This document shows, one piece after another, positions 55,712 to 64,000 of a DNA stretch of 64,000 bases. The position numbers and the translations under genes are program-made. The notes beneath the pieces were generated by a model. The model searched no databases, was not told the origin of the DNA, and saw nothing but the letters and a program-made list of their open reading frames with translations. This stretch comes from Schizochytrium sp. TIO01 (taxonomy: Eukaryota; Protista; Bigyra: Labyrinthulomycetes): positions 4,316,747 to 4,380,746 of the forward strand of contig SMSO01000037.1 in NCBI GenBank assembly GCA_004764695.1, read 5' to 3'. Numbering within the stretch: the first letter of the stretch is position 1; each line of letters starts with the position of its first letter.

Positions 55712-58700
55712 TCATAGCAAAGTAGCAAATGGCTGGAAGCCAAAACCGGGAGGGCTATATCGCATAGGTTGCTGACCAAAATTAACGTGTAAAATGGTTC
55801 CCTGACTTGCTGATATGGCGGGTGCAATACCCTCACAGAATCCAAGCGAGCTCTCGCGCAGACCGGTAAATGCAACTCCCATGGGAGAAGAGAAGTCTCC
55901 GTTTAAACCAAAGATAATTTTCCCGGATTCTAGATCAGCCCCGACAGTGAGAATATCCCCATCTTTCCACTTGAGTCCAAATGGAGATTTTCCAGGCCAT
56001 GTGCGACAATTAACGCCGTCAATAGCCCAACTATCCTGAATGCATGTAGGGTATCCAACACCAAAGTCTGACAAATAGTTTTTGTACATTGCAAACCTTG
56101 AAGAAATCCAGCCAAATGAGGGGGAGTCTGAACTCTTTACAATTTCAATCTCATAAAAAACTTTGCCTTGGGTAGCGAATCGGCCAACAGCGGCAGCAGT
56201 AGCATAGCTGTGAAAGTGAAGAGTCCCTCTGCCAAATACGTTTAGACGGAGGTCACCTGGAACTCCTCGAATTCGTCTCATTTGCAGACATCCTGCCTGA
56301 ATCTGCTGCAGTATAGTTTCATTTTCATCACGTAATGAAATGTCACGTGCAACTTTGGGTGCAACACCAAGCATTGCAATACGTTGTAGGATGTATCCGA
56401 CATCCTCACGTACCAGGGCAGGCGAAGTTGACATAGGAGCAGCTAGGGGAAATTCAGAACTCTTCTGCACGAGAGAATTGTGAGCAATTGTTTCCTCCGT
56501 TGAATGCCTAGAAGCTTCTGTGTACAACTCTAACAGACGAGATATGGGGATGCAATCCACAATCTCCTTGGCATGCATTGGAGCTAGGTGTGTCAAGGTG
56601 CTCAGAGCAAGGTAAATAGCTTCATTGCTCCCGTTGGCTAAGACCTGTGCAAGTTGAGCAATGGCACCGGCCTGGACAATGGCTGTCCGAACCTCATCTG
56701 GTCCACTCGCAACAAGACGAAGTGCAGCGATAACTTGGATAAGAGATTTGGAGCATGGCAGCTTAATATGTTTAACAAGCTTAATCACGCCACCATGCAA
56801 GACAATAACTTTCTTCTGCGTCTCCTGGCATGCCAAAGTGCGCAAAGGTGCCGGCCACTCTGCAGACAATTTCAACGTTGTCAGAGTCAAGACAGCGGAT
56901 TAAGGCGGGGATTGCTAGATGATTGCCTGAAATAATGCGCTCTCCGCCGTCGTGCATGGCTAAATTCCAAAGGCATCCAACAGCAGAGATAATCATGGAG
57001 TCATTATGGCTTGCATCAATGATTCGGACGAGGTGATCAATTGCACCCGCAGCAACCATAAGACTGCGAATTCCATCGTGGAAGCTAAGGGCGAGCAAGG
57101 CCCCACATACTTGGCGACGAAGGACTGCGTCTCGGTCTGTAAGGAGCGAAACCAGACTGGCAACAGCTCCAAGGCTAGTTAAGCCAGATTGAACACTCTC
57201 CTTGGTTGACAAAATACGAATTGTGGCAGCAGCTTTCACAACCAGCATTGTTTCGTCTTCATTAAATTCGACCATAGTTCGCACAAGACTAGGATTTCGG
57301 ATCAATGAAGCGTTTGCAAGAGCACGTACCTTCAGTATACTCACTAAAGGATCTAAAACATCACTCGTGGACAGGATGTCCTTGTTAGAATCGAGGATTG
57401 CAAGATTCCGAAGAGCACCTGAAGCTTGAAGCTTTGCGGTGATTGTCCCAGTCTTCAAAACACCAGCAAGTGCTACCACTGCCCCTGGCGTGATGGCAAT
57501 GATGCTTCCAATATCTAAGCTTGCAGCTAGATTCCACAGAGCTCCAGCTGCTTCAGCTACTGTTTCCGGTGTACCAATCTCTACTAGACGTACGAGGCAT
57601 GGGATGACTTGTGGTGTCTCCTGTACAAGGCGCTCACGCTGGCCCTCCACTGCGGCGAGGAAGAGTATTGTTGACGCACAGTATTGCACAATATCAAGTT
57701 GAGTTGGGTCCCGAGAGTGATACAAGCTAAGAGTGCGACACAATTCATTTACGACAACATGCCCGGTCCCATGGCGGGCGACTTCGGAAACTGATTCACG
57801 AGTTTGCGATATCCGAGCAATCACTTCATATGCAAGACGTCGCGCAGATGCGGAAGTACATGTCTCTCCAGCGATGCGCAGTAGGACAGCTATTGCACCA
57901 CTCTGTGCTAAGGCAGTAGAGGAACGTAGCCCCTCACGAAAAGCGAAAGCTGACAATACAATAAGAACGTCTTCTACGACTCGTCGTTGATAAACAGCTT
58001 CCACACTCAGTGTTTCTACAAATAAGGAACGTAATCTGTCCAAGAGTTGGGGAAGGATTTCGTCTACTTCGCCAATACGGTAAGTGAGGAGGTTTGCTTT
58101 TGCTTCAAGGGCAATCGTTAAGTTCTCGCTACTAAGCAGAGTTTCAGTAGCGTAAACATCGCAGCGTTTGAGTTTGAGTTTTGAAAGTGCATGTAGTGTT
58201 TCTAGTGGTTGGAGGTCCTGAACACGAAAGCAACCACTAATATCAAGATGGAACAACCGTTCATGACATGCCAACGAAGCAATGTCCGTGACGCGTGCAC
58301 AATCCGCAATTGAAAGTTTCTCTAGTGATGTACAGTCAATCAAAGCGGTGATATCACGCAACTGGTGACACCCACCTAGGTCCAGTACAGTAAGGTTAGC
58401 ACAGGCTGATAATGCGTCAATATTCTGCAAATTTTTGCACATGTACAAGGACAATTCTTCCAAGCGATTCGAAGTAGGAAGAAAATCCACAGAGAGTAGA
58501 TTTTGTGTGCTTCGCAGATACACGTGAGAGAGTTTAGATAAGCTTTGGAGAACGTGAGAATTTTCGAGTTGATGGCAAGAGACTCCCGCGTCGAAGCATT
58601 CAAGCTGCTTGTGATGAATCATATCGGTGGCGTCAATACACTGTACGTCCCCAGTAAGAATAAGTCGGCGAAGATTGTTGGCTCCTAATACATCCCAAAC

Positions 58701-59855
58701 CTGTTGTTTATCTTGTTCAGATGTGAAGCGGATACGCACACCAGAAATGTCCCAGTGTACGAGACGTTTTCCCAGAGAGATTCGCTCAGTACTTTCCATT
58801 TGAGCACATTCTTCATTACCTTCCTCGCAGACTGGCGTCATCTCCTCGTCATCAGGGTGAGCATATTCATAGTCTGCGTCCATGAAAGTGTGAGAGTGGG
58901 AGTTAGCGAGGGGGATTCCAACGACAGAGTCTGCAAGCTCGTGCAGGTCAAAGACGTGACTTAAACGGTCCAGTCGCAAAGGGAAATTTTGCAAAGCATG
59001 TAGAAAGGCAGGGCAGACGAGCGTCAAGTGAACAGTCTCTGGCACAGGCAAGAATCTTGCAATTTTACGAAGAATTCCAGGTTCACTAAGAGAGAGAATT
59101 TGGATAGGGCCTAAATTTGGCTTTTGGTTCTGGAGAAAAGCATCCTTTAACCCGTGGAGTGCGGGTCGGCGTTCGTGACTTGGGAAACAATTTTCAACCT
59201 GAGTTTGGTCTGGGAGCATGTAATCAAAGTGCATGTTCTCAATTTCGTGCGCAACATGACGCATTAAGGTGTTGTCTTCACCATCGGGATCAACATCAGC
59301 ACGAGACTCATCGTCATCTTGATTATATGCGTGCTCTGTTTCCTGTAGAAATTCTTCATAGCATCCAAGCATACTCGGGGCTGAAGCATTGCTGCAATTC
59401 CGTCTGTGTTCTGTTGCTTTGAAAATAATGTCCTGCAGAGTGTCACCTGTGGATGAGGATTCGCTGGTTGTCACGTTGTTGCTTCTTTGTGTGTTTGCAT
59501 TTGCATTTGCATACATGTCTCCTGTTCTCACTGCGCTGCTACAAGCGCCAGAACTCTGTTCTTGCATAAAGTCTCGCATCTCTCGGTTTGGATGTGCGTT
59601 GTGTTCTAGATCTCCGTACCATTTAGAATGATCTCTTTTGGAGGATAAGTCATGGTCGTTGTTTTTCCTGTGTTTCCGGGGTCGTTTAGAGCCTGTTTGT
59701 TGCAGAGCAACAGGAGGAACAGATTGCGCTCTGCGTTTGCTGGCATGACTTGCGTCCTCTTCCTCTTCTTCTTCTTCTCCATCAGTACGAGCGTCCACAT
59801 AAGCTGGACCAGCAACAGCAATGAAAGATTGGTTTTCACGCAAGCGGCGAGCCAT
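55712..59855 (-). CDS. F-box / LRR / armadillo / SPRY protein, split by a +1 frameshift at ~56845
   Basis: F-box ILSLSEPGILRKIARFL...VCPAF; Cys-containing LRRs; ARM repeats (AAGALWNLA, ASGALRNLA); SPRY GKVFYEIEI...SWAIDG...WKDGDI...VNFGQQP. ORFs 56781-59882 and 55712-56890 join within one ARM repeat. Confidence 0.85.
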
Positions 59856-60295
59856 GGTAGGATGATCTGTAATTCCTCTCAAAGAGAACTTTAGCGACCG
59901 AGGCTCAAGGGAATGTCAACTTCACCTCCGCAGTGCCAAAACTCAAATACAACGCGGTAGCTGCACTTTCTGAAGGTTTTAATTGCTCCTCGCAACAGCA
60001 ATGGCCTGAGGAGGCAGAATCGACCTTTGCTTTTGCGTCTCACTGCTGAAGGTTTCTAAAGCACTTTTTTCAAAATCCGCCGCCACTACTCTAAACGCTC
60101 GCAAGGAGATGCGGTGGTCTGCCTTCCTTTCTGGGAACCACAAGCGACGAAGGAGTGAGCAAGTCAACTGGACGGTGTTCGGGTATTCTTGTTCTAGCTT
60201 CTTCGCACCTCAAGGAGTCCAAGTTCTCGAGAGCAGAGGCGGTTTGAGGAGAACCAGCAATCGGGACTGGCCGCCTTCTGCTTTATTTCGCTTTT

Positions 60296-61551
60296 GCTTG
60301 TTTGCTTGTTTGTTTGTTTGTTTGTTTGCTTGTTTGCTTGTTTGCTTAAGTCCCGTCTTCCAGATAGATAAAAGAGAACGAAATTGAAAGAGAAAGAGAA
60401 AGACGAGAGTGGCAGATAGTAATAACTTTCAAGGCCTTTCTAAATAGTAGTCATCCATCTATATATACATATATTATATTTTAAATAATTACTTTTTAAA
60501 TTTTAAAATGAACAAAATAAAGAACAATTTTGATAAATACAATAAATAAACAGGTAATACCAGTAAATAGAATAGAATAAAATAAAGAACCCCCCCCCCA
60601 AAAAAGTAGTAAAATAAAGAATCGAGAACCGGATTTTTTCAAAGAAAGAGCCAAAGTAGAGATATAGAGGAGGAACAAAGCGCTGACTATTTCTTTCAAA
60701 GGTGGTCCGAGAGAAAGAAATAACTATCCATGCTCTGCTCCGAAGGAGCGAAGAGAGGCAGGGGCGGAGGTAGTAGGGCCTCCAACTGATGTGCCTATAT
60801 GCCCATATCTGTCTGTTCATACTTTTTATTATGTTTTAATTTTTTTTTGAAATGTAGATTATTTTGAATCTCTCTTTCTCTCTTCTGCTGCTCTTCTATT
60901 GAAAGAATTGAGGAGACTTTAAACTTTTTTATTTTGCTTTAAAAAAAATACAACATTCCAATCGATCTATTTATATTTCATTTTCATACAAAGTTTCATT
61001 TCTATGAATAGATAAATCAATGAATGAATGAACATATTTAGTGCCTATTATATTCCATGCTTCTGTTACCACGCCTGTTACTACTGCGCTAACAATACTG
61101 TTGATAGTCGCTGATCCTACCGCTGCTTACTACTTACTACTTACTAGTCAGTCTTCTGAAAGAGTCGCTCTCACTCCCTCTCTCTCCTCACTCAGACAGA
61201 CAGAGCCTACTCCTCCTTTCAGCGATCGCACTCGGCAGAGCGCTCGAGTCGAAGAACTGCAGCACCTAATTGTTTAGCAGTAAGTAGCCTGCTGCCTGCC
61301 CAACAATGCACTGCCTGCCCAGCCTATCGTGTGGTGTTTCTCTTCTTTCTCTTCTTGCTCATCCTCGCATCGATTGATGAGACTCGCATCAATCTTCGTC
61401 CCTCATTCACTCACTGTTGGCCTCGTCCATTCCCGAGCGTGCTCTCATTTAGGCATCGCATATCAATATCTCACATTCATACATACATACATTCATACAT
61501 ACATACATTCATACCTGTAAACCAAAGTCGTCCTTACTCTACTAGTGGAGC

Positions 61552-61582
<31 letters not shown>

Positions 61583-63590
61583 AATAGCTATATAGCTATC
61601 TATCTATAAATAGCTAGATAACAGCTATCTATTATCACCCTCTGGGCGCTCACTACTCTCCCCGAAAAGGCCTCCGTGGTCGACGCAGAGCAGGTCTTTA
61701 AATCGGCCTTATACGATGCACAAAGAACGCAGAACAGGACCACATGCGCGTGCCACAGCCATAGGTAGCTAGCTAGCTAGCTACTTATGCGCCCAATCTG
61801 CTGCCACATCTTTGGAGAGACCGGCGCCCAGGAGGTGGTCCGTTTTGATGTTCACTCGAGGTGGGCTTTGGTGCTCATCACACACACACTCACGCACTCT
61901 CAAAGAACATCCATGTCAATATGTTGTATTTCTTCTGTGATAGCAATAATGGCAATAACAGCAATAACAGCAATAACAGCAATAATGGCAATAATGGCGA
62001 TGGAGAAGAAAGAGGGAGGGAGCCTTAGTGCCTAGCTAGGGAGGGCCTACGTGCTTCAAGTTCGCAAAAGGTGCGTTTTACTGGGCTTTCTTTGGGACTT
62101 CAAGGTTAGGCATGCGAGGATGTGGTAGCGCGAATGCATCCCATCGGGTGGGTAGGTGCTACGTGTGGTTTGCTGTGCTGGTTTCTTTCACCGTCTTCAA
62201 TTTGCGCTACGAGTCCGCGTGCGTGTCCTTTCGGCGTTCTTTCTGCATTCTCGAAGGACGCCTCGAGGCTGTTTCTTATTGGTGCTGCGCCCGCCTTCTT
62301 TTCCCGAGAGTTCGAAAGCATTTGTTTAGCTCAGACTCGTGCTCCAGCGATCGAGCCTCCATTGTCTCCTCTACATACATACACACTCACAAAAAGAACA
62401 CACCCACGCACCTCAAAGAAGGTTCAGGAAAAGAAACACTCAGGAGGATATACATACATACATACATACATACATACATTTCACGTACATACATACATAC
62501 AGACAAACCCACTACTACTACTGCTACTGCTAGAGAGACCACCTCCTTCCTTCTCTCTCTCTTCTTTTCTTGTACATCATTAGAATAAGAACGCTAATAA
62601 GAACCAATAATAAAACAATAAAACGAAGACAATTAATCGCCATGCAGGCCTCTCGATGCGTCGTACGTATGAGAGCATACTTATCGCAGCGAGTGCGTGT
62701 TTTCGCGAGGCCTCGTTTCTCGTGTTTGCATCTCGAGCAGCGAACGTTCTCGGTTGTCGATCGCCATCGGGTTTGGCTTCGTCAGAGGTGGTTACTGACA
62801 CGTGCAGAGGCGGCGCTGCCAGCTGCTCCAGCTTCTTCAGGCTTCTCCAGAGCCTGAAATCTGCTGAAAGCACCGCAGAACTGGGCACGCCCTCCTTGCT
62901 TGCTTTGCTTGCTTTGCTTGCTTTGCTTGCGTTGCTTGCGTTGCTTGCGTTGCTTGCGTTGTTGCTTGTTTGCTTGCTTTCGTAGTCTTTGCGGGCTCGC
63001 GTGCTTGCCTCATCGTCGGCCTGTTTGTTCGCCTGCGTGCTTGTCCTGTCTCTGGTTCAGGTTGTTCAGGTTGCTTTCTCGATGCTGCGAGCATGCGCTT
63101 GGAGCCAGGAGAACAGGGTTCTGGACGATGCGGAGTCCAGGACTCTCGCTGGAAACGTGGTCAAGCCTGCATTTTAAGCCGCTCCGCTTCTTTTCCTTGC
63201 GCTTGTGGAGGTTCTCAACTCTGAGGCGAATGCTTTTGGCGTCTAGCCCAGCCTAGCACTGTCCTACGCCCTCTGTTTACTTGCAAGTGTTCTGTTCATG
63301 TCGGGAGCCTGAGGTTTCTTCATCTTCTTTGAAGAGGACAAAACGAAGAGATAAAATCGAGCCTCTGAGGCGTAGCATGTATTTCTATGTATTTCTATGT
63401 ACAACTATTCATTTTTAATTAATTATTTAATTAATTAATTAATTAAATAAATAAATAAAATAAAAGGGTAGAAACATAAAAATAAAGAGTGATGGAAAAG
63501 GGGTGTTACACTCCATCAATATCTAGCTTTTTATTTTTATTTTTATTTTTATTTTTATTTTTATTTTTATTTTTATTTTTATTTTTATTT
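60296..63590. repeat. Microsatellite-rich non-coding region
   Basis: (TTTG/CTTG)n 60296-60346; (CATA)n ~61480-61510; (CTAT)n 61552-61580; 9-mer GCAATAA(CA/TG) 61941-62000; (TACA)n 62449-62500; (TTGCT/TTGCTTGCG)n 62895-62980; (TTTTTA)n 63528-63590. Confidence 0.9.
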
Positions 63591-64000
63591 AAAAAATTAA
63601 AAAAAATTAAAGTTTCGAAATTTTATAACTCGAACCCTTTTAGAATGGAAAATAGGCCCTATATTTCCATTCAATCAATTTTAAGTTTTGCTTAATTTAA
63701 TTTTGAAAAAGGTGGAAAGAAACAAAGACTTGTCCTCGTAGAGCGAGAGAGTGAAGAAGACAAAAGAGAGTGCGGTGCTCGTTCAGTCAGACGAAGTGCC
63801 GCCAAAGCGGACTAAATGCCATCATCGATAGGCTTAGTATCCAACTTTAACTCTGGGCAGTGATAATGAAAATGACCTTGTGAATGCTTGCTTGAAGCGA
63901 TCGCGCTCGCAAGCTTCAAAACCGAGAGAGTTCGAACGGCGTGCGTGCGTCAGAACCCAAGGCAGGCTGAAAACCTGGAACCTGGTGGGACTGTTCAGAC

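Noticed and set aside
62580-63256. ORFs with LLA/CLR/QAT repeats
   Set aside because: Generated by TTGC-type tandem repeats; no domain evidence.
1-64000. tRNA, rRNA, CRISPR arrays, intact transposons or viral genes
   Set aside because: No cloverleaf or T-arm context, rRNA signature, repeat-spacer array, or transposase/RT/capsid motif was recognised by eye.

Overview
Eukaryotic nuclear DNA: gene-dense, with almost intron-free ORFs and AT-rich intergenic regions full of microsatellites. The gene content (PSTAIRE CDK, dynein-assembly factor LRRC6, AP-2 alpha, TSR1, PCF11) indicates a flagellated protist; a stramenopile such as a thraustochytrid is my inference, not proven. I support 17 apparently intact protein genes, one frameshift-split F-box/LRR/ARM/SPRY gene and one CDK8-like pseudogene. 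No rRNA, tRNA, CRISPR array or intact transposon was seen. The standout is 45808-48720 (-), a single-chain NADPH oxidase with the order WW - SH3 - Pro-rich motif - p22phox (CYBA)-like 4-TM domain - complete NOX2/gp91phox-like core, i.e. both flavocytochrome b558 subunits plus organiser-type modules in one polypeptide. Other notable items: a dispersed two-box ~60-75 bp element found five times in upstream intergenic regions, a C-type lectin/PSI receptor with cytoplasmic WW domains, a PCF11 lacking its zinc ligands, a bacterial-like PhyH dioxygenase and a membrane-anchored RidA. All homology calls come from recalled family motifs; no database search was run.
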